Shown: positions 8,981 through 19,706, numbered from the stretch's first letter. The stretch: 64,000 bases of DNA from Thermoproteota archaeon (GCA_027491735.1 JAOZGP010000004.1:30396-94395), one strand, 5' to 3'. Notes: generated by a model from the sequence alone, not told the origin. Translations and numbers: made by a program.

Positions 8981-10165
8981 TCAGTCCGAGGCCACCGTTT
9001 CTCTCCACATGCGCCTAGCCAGATTGCCGTCGTACTTGAATGTGTTTATCAGCTCCTTGGCCTCGTCCCTCCTGGATTGATGCTCCTCTAAGAACTTCTC
9101 CACCTTCTCTATCAGCATGTCCTTCAGCTCTCCTGTGAGGAGGGAGCCCGATCTGTAGGCCTCTCTTATCTCCTCTATCCTGGCATCATCAGGTTCAAAG
9201 AACATGTAAAGCCACTGAAAAGACACGTCTATGTCTGGATTACCGCCCAGTTTCCTGTGGAGCTCCACCGTGGGTTGACCGCCGGAGAAGGCATACTTGT
9301 AGATCTTCTCCTTGATGGTCTTGGGGGGATCATTCAGATATATCGCTGTCTCCGGTCTGGAGGAGCTCATCTTCCCTTGAAATCCAGTGAGGGGCGGAAT
9401 GAACTTGCTGTGTATGGCTGCAGCCTTGTAGAACCCAAGACCCTCAGCAATGTCCCTCTGAACTCTCCAGTAGGGATCCTGGTCTATAGCTGCAGGTATG
9501 AGGCATCTCCTTCTCTCGAAGAGGGTTGGAACTATCTGCACAGCAGGGAAGAAGATCATCCCTATGTTGGTCGAGGTGTTGAAGCCGAACACTGCCCTCA
9601 CGGTGCTGAAGTTCACCTTCTTCGCTACCTTTATGGCCGCCTCGTACATGTGTCCCATGTACTCCGTGTCCTGAAATATGAAGGTCCTGTCGGGATCGAA
9701 ACCAACAGCTATTATGTCCAGAGCATTCTCGTATGACCACTTCTTTGTCTCCATAAGAGACAGCCTCCTCTTCTTCTCTAAGAACTTCTCATCATCTGTT
9801 AGTTGAATGTAAACGTTTACCTTGAACCTTTCCTGAAGCCACTTGGTGAAGTAAAAGGGAATTATATGTCCTATGTGCATCGGGCCGCTTGGCCCCCTAC
9901 CGGTGTAGAGGAAAAATCCTCCACCCTTCTCATAGTCCTCCAAGACCTTATCCAGATCCCTGTGGGAGAAGAATATCCCCCTCCTCAGCATGTAGTGGCT
10001 TTCCCCCGCTAGTCTCTCTAGGCGCTCTATCAGGGAGCGATCAAACTTCTGTGTTCCAAACTCTTCTATCAACCTGTCATAATCTACTCTCCCCTCGACT
10101 TCCCAGGGAGTCACGCTTCCTTCAGCAGCTCTCTCGCCACCAAAGTAGATCCCCCATGAGATCAC
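8981..10165 (-). CDS. trpS: Tryptophanyl-tRNA synthetase (archaeal/eukaryal type)
   Basis: VTPWEV, YTGRGPS, HIGH, AIDQDPY, KMSSS. Confidence 0.97.
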   Translation of the reverse strand: MISWGIYFGGERAAEGSVTPWEVEGRVDYDRLIEEFGTQKFDRSLIERLERLAGESHYMLRRGIFFSHRDLDKVLEDYEKGGGFFLYTGRGPSGPMHIGHIIPFYFTKWLQERFKVNVYIQLTDDEKFLEKKRRLSLMETKKWSYENALDIIAVGFDPDRTFIFQDTEYMGHMYEAAIKVAKKVNFSTVRAVFGFNTSTNIGMIFFPAVQIVPTLFERRRCLIPAAIDQDPYWRVQRDIAEGLGFYKAAAIHSKFIPPLTGFQGKMSSSRPETAIYLNDPPKTIKEKIYKYAFSGGQPTVELHRKLGGNPDIDVSFQWLYMFFEPDDARIEEIREAYRSGSLLTGELKDMLIEKVEKFLEEHQSRRDEAKELINTFKYDGNLARRMWRETVASD

Positions 10166-10295
10166 CTTCCCTCGACTTCCCAGCTTTCTTAAAAAATTGA
10201 TGATCTTTCCCGCTCTCGAGAACCTGGACTCCGAATCGATGTTTCACTCATTCAGACGAAGGTTCTTATATCTATAAACCGATCTCGTCAGCGTC

Positions 10296-11468
10296 ATGAA
10301 CTCGCTTCTGATCCTCTCGATTCTGATAGTGGTTATGCTTCTCCTCATGATGAGAAGAGCGAATATAGGAGCATCGATTATTGTTGTTGCCCTGACCCTG
10401 GGGGTCATGACCTTACCTCCTGGAGATCTAGCGAGGTCCGCTGAAAACACACTTACGTCCTGGGATCTGTACAGACTGATCATCCTCGTCTCCTTGGCCA
10501 TAGCCTTGAGTCGAGCGATGAAGCTCAACGGAATGCTTGAGATCATAACCGATGCATTCAGCTCACTGAATCCGCAGATATCCATGTACGCCATACCCAT
10601 GCTCATAGGACTGGTTCCGATGCCTGGAGGAGCTATGGTATCAGCATTGATGACCAAAGAAGTCTTCTCTAAGGAGAGGATCAGTTGGGATCTGGCCACT
10701 TTCATAAACTACTGGTTCAGGCATGTGTGGATACCCATCTGGCCCCTTTATCAGGGCCTTATCTTCTCCATGATCATATTTGAGGTCGGAGCTCCTGAGC
10801 TGGTCTCAGTTGGTTGGAGCATAACCCTGGGAGCCGTGATGGCTGGGCTGCTGGTCTCGGCTTGGAAGGTCGGGCGCCTCAGGTTTGGAGAGATCAGGCT
10901 GAGGGAATTCCTGTTTCTGTGGCCTATAATTCTCTTAGCTGCGATGATACTCATCCTACACCTGAAACTGGAGCTGGCCCTTGCCTTGACTCTGATAGCG
11001 GTTGTGATCGCCAGAAGGCCTGAGAACTGGAGAAAAATTCTAAGGGACTCGCTCGACCCGACAGTTGTGCTCCTTATGGTGGGAGTCATGCTTTTCAAGG
11101 GATTCTCCTGCGCTTCCAACTTTCCCAGGCTATTCTACTCTCAGATGACGTCCATGGGAGTCGATATGAGGTTAGTCTCCTTCATCCTCCCGTTAACGAT
11201 AGGCCTTCTCACAGGAGCTGAGATTAACTTCGCCTCCATAGCTTTCCCCATGCTCGTGAGCTATGTGGGGGTAGGGAGCTCCTTCGTTGGTAGCAGGTAC
11301 TTGATCGCCATGGCTGGAGGTATGTTGGGTGTCCTCCTCTCCCCGATGCACCTCTGCCTGATTCTGACGTCCAAGGTCTACGGAGTTCACGTTACGGATG
11401 CCTACAGGTATTTAATACCGTCCTCCGTGATCATGGCATCTATCGTTCTGCTGTTTTATCTTCTGTAG
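10296..11468 (+). CDS. DUF401-like membrane protein
   Basis: IGLVPMPGGA, NYWFRH.W..WPLY, LLSPMHLCL. Confidence 0.8.
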   Translation: MNSLLILSILIVVMLLLMMRRANIGASIIVVALTLGVMTLPPGDLARSAENTLTSWDLYRLIILVSLAIALSRAMKLNGMLEIITDAFSSLNPQISMYAIPMLIGLVPMPGGAMVSALMTKEVFSKERISWDLATFINYWFRHVWIPIWPLYQGLIFSMIIFEVGAPELVSVGWSITLGAVMAGLLVSAWKVGRLRFGEIRLREFLFLWPIILLAAMILILHLKLELALALTLIAVVIARRPENWRKILRDSLDPTVVLLMVGVMLFKGFSCASNFPRLFYSQMTSMGVDMRLVSFILPLTIGLLTGAEINFASIAFPMLVSYVGVGSSFVGSRYLIAMAGGMLGVLLSPMHLCLILTSKVYGVHVTDAYRYLIPSSVIMASIVLLFYLL

Positions 11469-11469
11469 G

Positions 11470-11870
11470 ATCGTCTCGATATCTCCCTGGCCAGCTCAAG
11501 CACCCTTCTAGCCATCGACTTGTCGGCACCGATATAGCTCACTTGAACAGTACACACTACCAAACGAGCGAACGACCTCCGAATATTGCTCTCTGTGATT
11601 TTTCTCAGCTCGCCAGTTAGTTCGGTATCAGTTCTATGTACACCGTACTGCGATGATGCTCACCCTACACCTGAAATGTAGATCCCCTTCCCTCACCACA
11701 ACAGGCACAGGCTGAGCTCTTCTAGCTCATCGCCCAGTTCAAGCTTGATCTCTATGATACTTCGCCCATCCAAGGGCCTGGATCTCCCTTCACCACAATC
11801 AAGACGCTAGCTCCAAGTATAGGTACCTTCTAGAATGTCCAGAGCAGCCACATCCCTGATAGGAACTCCC
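11470..11870 (-). pseudogene. Possible decayed nucleotidyltransferase/HEPN-like remnant
   Basis: Broken frames give VLIVVKG, IIEIKLELGDELEEL and DKSMARRVLELAREIS; many stops. Confidence 0.25.
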
Positions 11871-11945
11871 CTCCAGTCCTTTCAATAAATTTGTCCACTA
11901 CTTTTTACTCTGGGTTTATGTTAAATGGATGTAAAACGCTGAAGA

Positions 11946-13067
11946 TCAGTCCCCAAACACCATCACGGGCTTCAACATCTCATCATCCAGTCTGAGGTTG
12001 CCCAGTCCGGGTCCTTCTGGAGGTCTCCTGCGTCCGTTCATGCAGGGAGATCCGCCCTCGACAACTACATCTCTCACAAGGGACAGATCGGAGTCCAAAT
12101 CAGTGGTCACTATGTTCTTCACACCCGCAGCCAGGTGGACAGCCGCTGCTATTGACACTCCTCCCTCCATCATACATCCCACCATGTTGGGAACTCCAGC
12201 GGCTTCGCAGATTGAGGCTATCTTCATGGCCTTTAGCAGGCCGCCTGACTTGACAAGTTTTATGTTTACGTAGTCAGCTGCCCTCATCTCCACGACCCTG
12301 AGGGCGTTCCTCGGCGAGCGGACGCTTTCATCAGCCATCACAGGTATCGGGGAGGCAGCTCTGACCTCGGCCAATCCCTCCAGATCGAACCACTTAACCG
12401 GCTGCTCCGCCAGTTCTACATCGTACCTGTACATCTCGTTGAGGCACCTCACGGCCTGCTTGACGGACCATCCCTGGTTGGCATCCACCCTTATCCTGAT
12501 GTCCGATCCCACAGCGTCCCTCACCGAGCTGACCCTCTCGATGTCCTCAACTGAATCGACTCCCACCTTGAGCTTCAGGATTTTAAAGCCGTTCTCCACA
12601 TACCTGACAGCATCCTTAGCAATTTCATCTGGCTTTTTTATTCCTATGGTTATGTCCGTCTCTACCTCATCCCTGTATCCTCCGAGCATCCTCCACAAAG
12701 GCAATCCACTTTTCCTGCACATCAGATCGAGAATCGCCATCTCCAGAGCAAGCTTCGCGCCTGAGTTGCCCAAGGTGATGCGATCCATCGTCTCCTCCAC
12801 GATCCCAATCCTCGAGACCTCAAGTCCTATGAGCGAAGGGGCCAGCTCTGCTACAGCAGCTTCCATAGTTTTGGTGCTTTCACCGACTATCCTCATCGCC
12901 GGAGAGGTCTCTCCCAGTCCAAAGTTTTCCTCCTCATCGAATACCTTAACGATCAAATCCGTGCTGGAAACAGATGTCCCAAGGGATATCGTGAATGGTT
13001 CCTTGTACTCCAGATATGCTTCATAGACCTCTATCCTCCTTACCACCATGAGGATCACAAGGAACAC
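11946..13067 (-). CDS. Dipeptide (L-Ala-D/L-Glu) epimerase, enolase superfamily
   Basis: KLKVG, RVDANQGW, EQP, ADES, NIKLVKSGG, MVGCMME, DLD. Confidence 0.9.
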   Translation of the reverse strand: MFLVILMVVRRIEVYEAYLEYKEPFTISLGTSVSSTDLIVKVFDEEENFGLGETSPAMRIVGESTKTMEAAVAELAPSLIGLEVSRIGIVEETMDRITLGNSGAKLALEMAILDLMCRKSGLPLWRMLGGYRDEVETDITIGIKKPDEIAKDAVRYVENGFKILKLKVGVDSVEDIERVSSVRDAVGSDIRIRVDANQGWSVKQAVRCLNEMYRYDVELAEQPVKWFDLEGLAEVRAASPIPVMADESVRSPRNALRVVEMRAADYVNIKLVKSGGLLKAMKIASICEAAGVPNMVGCMMEGGVSIAAAVHLAAGVKNIVTTDLDSDLSLVRDVVVEGGSPCMNGRRRPPEGPGLGNLRLDDEMLKPVMVFGD

Positions 13068-13184
13068 CCGTCGGGTTGCTTAGGAGCTTTTCTAATCCAT
13101 CTATACGCTATATGTATCTAGCTATATAGTTGGAAGGAGAAATCACTTTATATGAGGTTCTGGGAATAAATATCTGGGGATCAC

Positions 13185-14624
13185 ATGGACAACGATGGAA
13201 TTGAGGTCCCCAAGCTGATTTCATCTATAAGAAAAGTTGTAGGTAATGGTATCGTTAGGTCAACTATAAGAAAGCTTGGTCAGAAGAACCTTGAAAGGTT
13301 GCTGGGGATCTATGCTGGAGTTGATGAACCTGAGAGCATAAAGGAAAGAGTGCTCTCCTTTTTATTGTCTGAGGTTCTTCAGAAGGCAGCCTCCCGCTTC
13401 GGTGCTAGAGAGGAAGATCTCAAGCGCAGCCTTAAGGATCCCTACATGAGAAAGGGCATAGCCAACATACTTACGGGGATAGCTGAGTACGGGATAACAA
13501 GGCCTCAGAGGCTTCATGCTCCCTTCATGATAGTATGGGACTTCACCAAGCAATGCAATCTCAGGTGCAAGCACTGCTATGCCAACGCCACGAGATCGCC
13601 AGCTCCAGATGAACTCATCCTTGAAGAGAAATTCGAGGTCCTCAGGCAGCTTGATGAGGCTGGCGTTGCGGCTCTATCGTTCTCTGGAGGAGAACCACTC
13701 ATAAATAGGGATTTCTGGCCTGTAGCTAAGAAGGCAGCTGATCTCGGGATGTACGTCAGCATTGCCACCAATGGAACTCTGATAACTGAGGACGTCGCTA
13801 GGAGGCTCAGGGAGATAGGAGTCAGATATGTGGAGGTCAGCCTGGACTCTCCGATACCTGAAGAACACGACGAGTTCCGGGGGATAAGGGGGGCCTGGAA
13901 CATGGCTGTAAGGGGGATAAAGAACGCCAAGGCTGTTGGGCTGGAGGTCGGAATAGCTACCACAGTCACGAAGATGAACTACGACAGGATGCCGGAGATG
14001 GTATCTCTGGCCAGGAAACTTGGGGTTGACAGGTTCATAGCCTTCAATTTCATCCCGACCGGCAGAGGAAGGGAGATCATCGATCTGGATCTCTCGCCTA
14101 AGGAGAGGACAGAGCTTCTTGAGTATTTTTACCAAGAGCTAGTTAAGGGAGGTTTACAGGTTTTCTCCACCGCTCCGTTCTATGCAGTGGTCTCAATGAA
14201 GCACCTCGATGATGGAGGTAAGCTCGCTCCAACACACTTCGCCGAGCTTCAAGTCCCTGAGAAGTACATGTCTGCAGGCTTTGCTCTAGCTGAGTTTCTC
14301 GGAGGATGTGGTGCTGGGAGGATATACTGCTCGATAGAGCACAATGGAGACATACAGCCCTGCGTCTTCCTGCCGATAAAAGTGGGCAATGTTCTTGAAG
14401 ATGGATTCCTCAATGTATGGCAAAACAACGAGGTTCTCCTCAAGCTGAGGGATAGAGACAACTACGCCGGGAGCTTCTGCCCCTATCGATATATATGCGG
14501 CGGGTGTAGAGCCAGAGCATACGCATATTTTGGAGATATAACTGCTCTGGATCCGAGTTGTGAGTTCAACGAGGATTTGTGGGAGGAGATCATCCGAGAA
14601 GTCCAAAGAGTTGAGGCTCGATGA
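13185..14624 (+). CDS. Radical SAM/SPASM protein with N-terminal extension (candidate GMGT synthase, Gms-like)
   Basis: CNLRCKHCY, SGGEP, GCGAGR..C, PCVF, C..ICGGCRARAY; Gms assignment is inference from architecture and neighbour. Confidence 0.85.
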   Translation: MDNDGIEVPKLISSIRKVVGNGIVRSTIRKLGQKNLERLLGIYAGVDEPESIKERVLSFLLSEVLQKAASRFGAREEDLKRSLKDPYMRKGIANILTGIAEYGITRPQRLHAPFMIVWDFTKQCNLRCKHCYANATRSPAPDELILEEKFEVLRQLDEAGVAALSFSGGEPLINRDFWPVAKKAADLGMYVSIATNGTLITEDVARRLREIGVRYVEVSLDSPIPEEHDEFRGIRGAWNMAVRGIKNAKAVGLEVGIATTVTKMNYDRMPEMVSLARKLGVDRFIAFNFIPTGRGREIIDLDLSPKERTELLEYFYQELVKGGLQVFSTAPFYAVVSMKHLDDGGKLAPTHFAELQVPEKYMSAGFALAEFLGGCGAGRIYCSIEHNGDIQPCVFLPIKVGNVLEDGFLNVWQNNEVLLKLRDRDNYAGSFCPYRYICGGCRARAYAYFGDITALDPSCEFNEDLWEEIIREVQRVEAR

Positions 14625-16009
14625 GGACTCTCCGGATCCTTCTCATATCCCCCCCAACGGATTCCGCTATAAAGAGGACGTTAGGTGTTTCAGGCCCTCC
14701 TTTAGGATTAGCTTACCTGGCCTCCGTCGTGAGGGAGGAGGGCCACGAGGTCCGCATAGCCGACTCCTTAACTGAGGATTACACGTTTGACGACCTGAGG
14801 AAGGTCATAAAAAGCTACTACCCAGACGTTGTGGGGATCACGGCCACGACCTCAATGATACCAGATGCCTACACTGCGGCCGCCATCACCAAGGAGATCG
14901 ATCCGGAGATCACCGTGATCATGGGGGGTCCACATGTGACGTTTGTCCCTGACCTCACATTCCAGGAATGTCCTCACGTAGACGTGATAGTTCGAGGGGA
15001 GGGGGAGGAGGTTCTTAGGCATCTGCTCATGGTGCTTCAGGGCAGAAAGGATCTCAAGGAGGTCAGGGGAATAAGTTACCTGAAGGATGGTGTCGTCAGA
15101 CATAATCCTCCCATGCCCCTGATAGATGACCTGGACAGCATACCGATACCTGCCTACGATCTGCTGCCCATGGATAAGTACAGGGTTGGAAGACTCAGGT
15201 TCGGAGTTATAATGACGTCGAGAGGGTGTCCCTTTCAGTGCATATTTTGCTCATCCTCCCTCCTTTTCGGAAAGACATGGAGAGGACACAGCCCGAGGAG
15301 AGTTCTTCAGGAGATAAGGATCCTATATGACGACTTCAAGGCCAGAGAGATAGAGTTCCTGGACGACACTTTCACCCTCAACAGGAGGAGAGCCAGAGAG
15401 ATAACTGATAAGATCGCTGAGGAAGGGTTGGACATCTCCTGGTCCGCCTCCTCCAGGGTGAACACATTCGACGCGGAGACAGGAAGGTGCATGAGAAGAG
15501 CGGGATGTCATACGGTGTACTTCGGAATAGAATCCGGATCTCAGAGAACCCTGGATTTCATAGGCAAGGGAATAACTCTGCAGCAGGCAATTGATGCGGT
15601 CAGGACAGCTAAAAAAGTAAAGCTCAGCCCTCTGGGATCTTTCATAATAGGGTTTCCCCACGAGACCAAGGAGGACGTGAAGAGAACGATTTCCTTCTCT
15701 AAAAGGGTTGGAGTTGATATGGCCCAGTTCACAGTGGCCACTCCCTATCCAGGAACAAAGCTCTGGGACTTGGCTCTGAGGAAGAACCTCCTCCTCACGA
15801 GGAACTGGAGAAAGTTCACCACACTGAATGTGGTGATGAGGAGCTTCCACCTCACTGCCAGACAGATACAGAGGTTTCTGGGATGGGCTTACATCTCATT
15901 TTACCTGAGGCCAAAGATAGTGTTGACGGACATCGTGAAAAACAAGGGATTCATACTGAAGAAGGCCTTGCCAGCGGCCATATCCTACCTTCTCCGAAGA
16001 AGCGACTAG
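14621..16009 (+). CDS. B12-binding radical SAM protein, class B methylase-like (candidate Gmm)
   Basis: PPLGLAYLAS, GGPHVT, SRGCPFQCIFC, FGIESGS, TPYPGT; ATGA overlap with upstream gene. Confidence 0.85.
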   Translation: MRTLRILLISPPTDSAIKRTLGVSGPPLGLAYLASVVREEGHEVRIADSLTEDYTFDDLRKVIKSYYPDVVGITATTSMIPDAYTAAAITKEIDPEITVIMGGPHVTFVPDLTFQECPHVDVIVRGEGEEVLRHLLMVLQGRKDLKEVRGISYLKDGVVRHNPPMPLIDDLDSIPIPAYDLLPMDKYRVGRLRFGVIMTSRGCPFQCIFCSSSLLFGKTWRGHSPRRVLQEIRILYDDFKAREIEFLDDTFTLNRRRAREITDKIAEEGLDISWSASSRVNTFDAETGRCMRRAGCHTVYFGIESGSQRTLDFIGKGITLQQAIDAVRTAKKVKLSPLGSFIIGFPHETKEDVKRTISFSKRVGVDMAQFTVATPYPGTKLWDLALRKNLLLTRNWRKFTTLNVVMRSFHLTARQIQRFLGWAYISFYLRPKIVLTDIVKNKGFILKKALPAAISYLLRRSD

Positions 16010-16962
16010 AGCACATACCTGGCCGAGTACATCAGGTGCATGTTGATCGTTGCTTCGTGGAGAGCTAACCAGTCTGAATAGCTCATCCTCCACTCAACGG
16101 CCCCGACGAGATCCTCCACCTGCTTCGATGTCTTGGCTCCCGGGATCGGAACCACTGCAGGGCTGCTCATGAGGAGCCAGTTCAGGGCCACCTGAACAGG
16201 CTTTTTGTTGTACTTCTCGCCAACTTCCTTGAGAACTTTGACCACATCCCACACCTTTTTGTAGTTCTCCGGATGAAAAACAGGGTCGTTTGACCTCACG
16301 TCCTCGAAGAGGTGATGTCCTGGAGGATATTTTCCAGTGAGTGCCCCTTTAGCAATCGGGCTCCAAGCCTGCACGGTCATGCAATGTTTCTCAGCGTAAG
16401 GTACGAGCTCAGCCTCTGCCCACCTCTCGACCAGATTGTACCTCACCTGCAGGACCTCGACATCCGCTTTAGAGAGATAGCTCCTGAAGCTCTCGACGAG
16501 CTCGACAGGATGATCGCTCAACCCCAAGCACCTAACCTTACCCATGTTCACCAGGCTCTCCATGGCCCTCGCGTATTCCTTGAGCGGAAAGTTGTGCCAG
16601 CAAGGAGGCCAGTGAGCGAGAAGTACGTCTACGCAGTCCAATCCAAGGTTTCTTAAGGACTTCTCCACAGATGCAGGAACATCAAGCTTGTTCAGAAACT
16701 CGCCAGGTACCTTGGTGGATATCACCACATCATCTCCGTCGACTCCCGCCTCTCTGAGCGCTTCCCCGAGCAACCTCTCACTGGTCCCCATTCCATAGAC
16801 CATGGCTGTGTCAAAGAAGTTTATCCCAAGATCTAGAGCCCGTGATACCACTTTCGAGGCCATCTCCTTGGAGGGCGTTCCCCAAGCATCACTGAACTGC
16901 CACGTTCCCAGCCCTATTCTCGATATCCTGAGATTAGTTCTCCCGAGCCTCAGGTACTCCAA
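16006..16962 (-). CDS. Aldo/keto reductase
   Basis: IGLGTW, FDTAMVYG, STK, QVRYNL, WSPIAKG, PIPGA. Confidence 0.93.
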   Translation of the reverse strand: MEYLRLGRTNLRISRIGLGTWQFSDAWGTPSKEMASKVVSRALDLGINFFDTAMVYGMGTSERLLGEALREAGVDGDDVVISTKVPGEFLNKLDVPASVEKSLRNLGLDCVDVLLAHWPPCWHNFPLKEYARAMESLVNMGKVRCLGLSDHPVELVESFRSYLSKADVEVLQVRYNLVERWAEAELVPYAEKHCMTVQAWSPIAKGALTGKYPPGHHLFEDVRSNDPVFHPENYKKVWDVVKVLKEVGEKYNKKPVQVALNWLLMSSPAVVPIPGAKTSKQVEDLVGAVEWRMSYSDWLALHEATINMHLMYSARYVL

Positions 16963-17003
16963 TCTCTGTCCCCGCCAAGTGGACAGGCCGCTTCCTTAAA
17001 TTC

Positions 17004-17288
17004 CTATATTACATTGAATCCAAAGGCCTCGAGGATCCTCCTCATCCTGTCGAACTCCCTGAGAAACCTCCTGCCCTTCTCTGTTACTTGATAGACCTTT
17101 GAGTCTCCCTTGGAGATCTCCTCTATGAGATCCCTCTCCTTGAGATCGCTTAGATATCTGTTCAGGCGATCCCACGATAAGTTTGCTCTTTGAAGGACCC
17201 TAGTTGGGCAGGCATTACCCTCCTCCGCTATCGCCCGTAGCATGTCCGCGTATATCGCCAGCCTAGATCTGTAGGGCAGCGAGATCAC
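17004..17288 (-). CDS. Winged-helix transcriptional regulator
   Basis: RSRLAIYADML...TRVLQRANLSW...YQVTEKG. Confidence 0.85.
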   Translation of the reverse strand: MISLPYRSRLAIYADMLRAIAEEGNACPTRVLQRANLSWDRLNRYLSDLKERDLIEEISKGDSKVYQVTEKGRRFLREFDRMRRILEAFGFNVI

Positions 17289-17878
17289 CTCACAGACAGA
17301 AGTATCAGGACTAAGCCAGAGGTTCTGAGAAGCTCACCGAGGAGTTGAAGCTGGAAAGCCGGTATCATGGGAAAAGCATGTCCTAGGGACATCAGAGCAA
17401 ATCCCAGAAGTGCTGTCAACGTCCTTCTGCTCTTCCCCTTGGAGTAGGCAATGAACAGGTTCATCACTATGTATATCAACAGGAAGAGACATATCAGGTT
17501 GGACGTGATCATCATGCATGCGATAAGGAGGAGGGGTGAAGCAAGCACTTCCCGGCGCATGTATCCAAGAGCAAGAGATGTGTAAGCAAGCACCTCAGAG
17601 ACCGCCAGGACCAAGCTGGCCCCCTCCAGGAGGGAGACTACAAATCCGGATTCAAGAACTTTGGGATATCTCGTCAGCAGGAGAGCCATAGATGAACCCA
17701 GAAAGTACGTCAGGGACCCTGCGCCAAGCAGCAGAAAGGCTATGTTCAGGTGTAAAAATACCTTCTCCTTACTGAGGTTATAGAACCTCACAGCCCTGTA
17801 ACCTATGAAGAAGGCCACGATCGTCTGGATCGGATACAGCGGGAGCTCTGATCTTATGAGATGAAGGAGAAGCACCAC
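17285..17878 (-). CDS. Multi-pass membrane protein of unknown function
   Basis: 6-7 hydrophobic segments; overlaps wHTH start by 4 nt. Confidence 0.75.
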   Translation of the reverse strand: MVLLLHLIRSELPLYPIQTIVAFFIGYRAVRFYNLSKEKVFLHLNIAFLLLGAGSLTYFLGSSMALLLTRYPKVLESGFVVSLLEGASLVLAVSEVLAYTSLALGYMRREVLASPLLLIACMMITSNLICLFLLIYIVMNLFIAYSKGKSRRTLTALLGFALMSLGHAFPMIPAFQLQLLGELLRTSGLVLILLSVR

Positions 17879-17892
17879 ACCACCCCATCTTA

Positions 17893-17926
17893 TTCATAAA
17901 CCCTAGAGATTATTTAGCTTTATGAA
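17893..17926. promoter_or_regulatory. Inverted repeat, candidate operator
   Basis: TTCATAAA-N18-TTTATGAA just upstream of the membrane protein/wHTH operon. Confidence 0.45.
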
Positions 17927-17959
17927 CGATTCGTATTTGAGTTCAGCCTACATACTTAA

Positions 17960-18430
17960 AATTGCGTCTCTTGTCCTCCAGCTCTCGTGAGAACGCTATA
18001 ACAGGTCGCCATACTCTTCAAATATCTCTGAGGCAAGTTCCTATACAATTATACTGTCCGAGGATCCCTCTACAGATGGACTCAGATAGTCTTCTAACTT
18101 GAGGGTTTGTTCGGACATGGTCGCTGGATCTCAAGGACGACATAACGGTCCTTGATCTATCTCAGTCAGCAAATCCTATATCTCTATTGCATTAGTTTGC
18201 CGAGAGAAGCAAGAGCAGATTGGCATATAGGACGAAAATTTGAGAAGAACGAGAAGGCTCTCTAAATTCCCTTTATTAGCCTCTCTAACTACTATACAAA
18301 CCCTCTTGTGATAGTCGCTAGGCCTACCAGCAATCATCTCTATCTCTCTTTGCTCCCCATCATCAGTAACAGATAGTAGCTCAACTAAGGTCTCTAGAAG
18401 AGCTCTCTTCAGCCCCCTCTCATGATTCTT
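17960..18430 (-). pseudogene. Possible decayed toxin-antitoxin remnants
   Basis: Fragments LKRALLETLVELLSVTDDGEQREIEMIAGRPSDY (antitoxin-like) and ELASEIFEEYG; multiple stops. Confidence 0.3.
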
Positions 18431-18548
18431 CTAAGCTGCTCGATGCTAAACTGTCAATAAAGACGCCCGTCATCGGTTGCGACTTCTGACGCGCGATTTG
18501 CTCAGGAGGAGAACTTTTTAGGGAGTGTGGCCTTTTCTGAAAGGAGCC

Positions 18549-19706
18549 ATGTTGCCCGAAGAATTTATGCTACCTGACTACACTAGAAGCATAGCTTGTG
18601 TAGCCCCCACGATCTCGTGGCTTCTTGGATCGAAGGCGCTGGAGGATAGACCCATTCTCGAGGAGCTCAACTACGACGTGGACAGGGTTGTCTTGTTTCT
18701 CCTTGATGCTGCTGGCGATCTGATCGAGCCTTTACCGTTCATGCGCAGGTATGTGGATTTGACCTCGACTTTTCCCTCAACGACTGCCACAGCCCTTACG
18801 ACCCTCTCCACCGGACTCCATCCGGGCGAGCATGGATGTCTGGGCTTCTCCATGTACTTCAAGGAGTTCGGAGTCGTTGGTAACATGATAAAGCTTCACC
18901 CAGCCTATGTAAGCGGCTCTGATGGATTGATAAGCATGGGTCTTAGGCCTGAAAGCTTTGGAAAAACAATATTTGAGTTGATAGATGGAAAAGCTATCTA
19001 CCTTGCTGACAGAAAGATACAGGGAAGTGGTTTGTCCAAGCTAACACTCAGGGGGTCTGAGGGAAGATCATGCATAAGCCTGATCGATCTGCTGGTGTCC
19101 CTCCGAAGGGAGGTGGAGGAAGGGGATGCTCAGCTCATCTATGTCTACTGGGGATCTCTGGATACCGTGGGTCACATGAGGGGGCCCTACTCCGAGAACT
19201 TCAGGGAGGAGTTTAGACAGGTGGTGAAGCTCTTCCAGGAAGTTTTTCTTGATAGAATGAGGGGCTCTAGAAGGACTCTCATCTTGTTCCTGGGCGATCA
19301 CGGGATGTGTGACGTGAGGAACCGGATCGTGACAAACGAGAGAAAGGACATCCTGGAATCTCTGAGAATGCCCCCCACCGGAGATCTAAGGGCATCCTAC
19401 CTGTACACCGATGAAGTGGATAGGGTGAGGTCCTTGATGAGGGAGCTTGGAATGTATGTTCTCGAGAGAGGAGAAGCGATCAGATCAGGTCTCTTCGGTC
19501 GGTTTACCGAGCAACACGAGAGCAGGGTCGGAGACCTTGTGGTAGTCCCACCGAACGGACTGGGGATGTGGCACGACTTCAGAAGAGACGGAAGGAGGGG
19601 GGAGTATCCAGTCGGAGGACATGGAGGTCTTCACAGGAGAGAGATCAGAATAAGGTTGTGTTACGGGACCGTGGATGAGATGAGGGGTGGGGATCATTCC
19701 ACCTGA
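18549..19706 (+). CDS. Alkaline phosphatase superfamily (nucleotide pyrophosphatase/phosphodiesterase)
   Basis: LLDA, TFPSTTATA, D.VGH..GP, GDHG, GGHGG; ATG 18549 after AAGGAG. Confidence 0.88.
   Translation: MLPEEFMLPDYTRSIACVAPTISWLLGSKALEDRPILEELNYDVDRVVLFLLDAAGDLIEPLPFMRRYVDLTSTFPSTTATALTTLSTGLHPGEHGCLGFSMYFKEFGVVGNMIKLHPAYVSGSDGLISMGLRPESFGKTIFELIDGKAIYLADRKIQGSGLSKLTLRGSEGRSCISLIDLLVSLRREVEEGDAQLIYVYWGSLDTVGHMRGPYSENFREEFRQVVKLFQEVFLDRMRGSRRTLILFLGDHGMCDVRNRIVTNERKDILESLRMPPTGDLRASYLYTDEVDRVRSLMRELGMYVLERGEAIRSGLFGRFTEQHESRVGDLVVVPPNGLGMWHDFRRDGRRGEYPVGGHGGLHRREIRIRLCYGTVDEMRGGDHST

Noticed and set aside
10197-10256. Possible C/D box sRNA (TGATGA...CAGA); similar weak cases near 23830 and 53090
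   Set aside because: D/C' boxes non-canonical and rRNA targets cannot be verified
13185-16009. RiPP cluster
   Set aside because: No precursor peptide, RRE, protease or exporter adjacent
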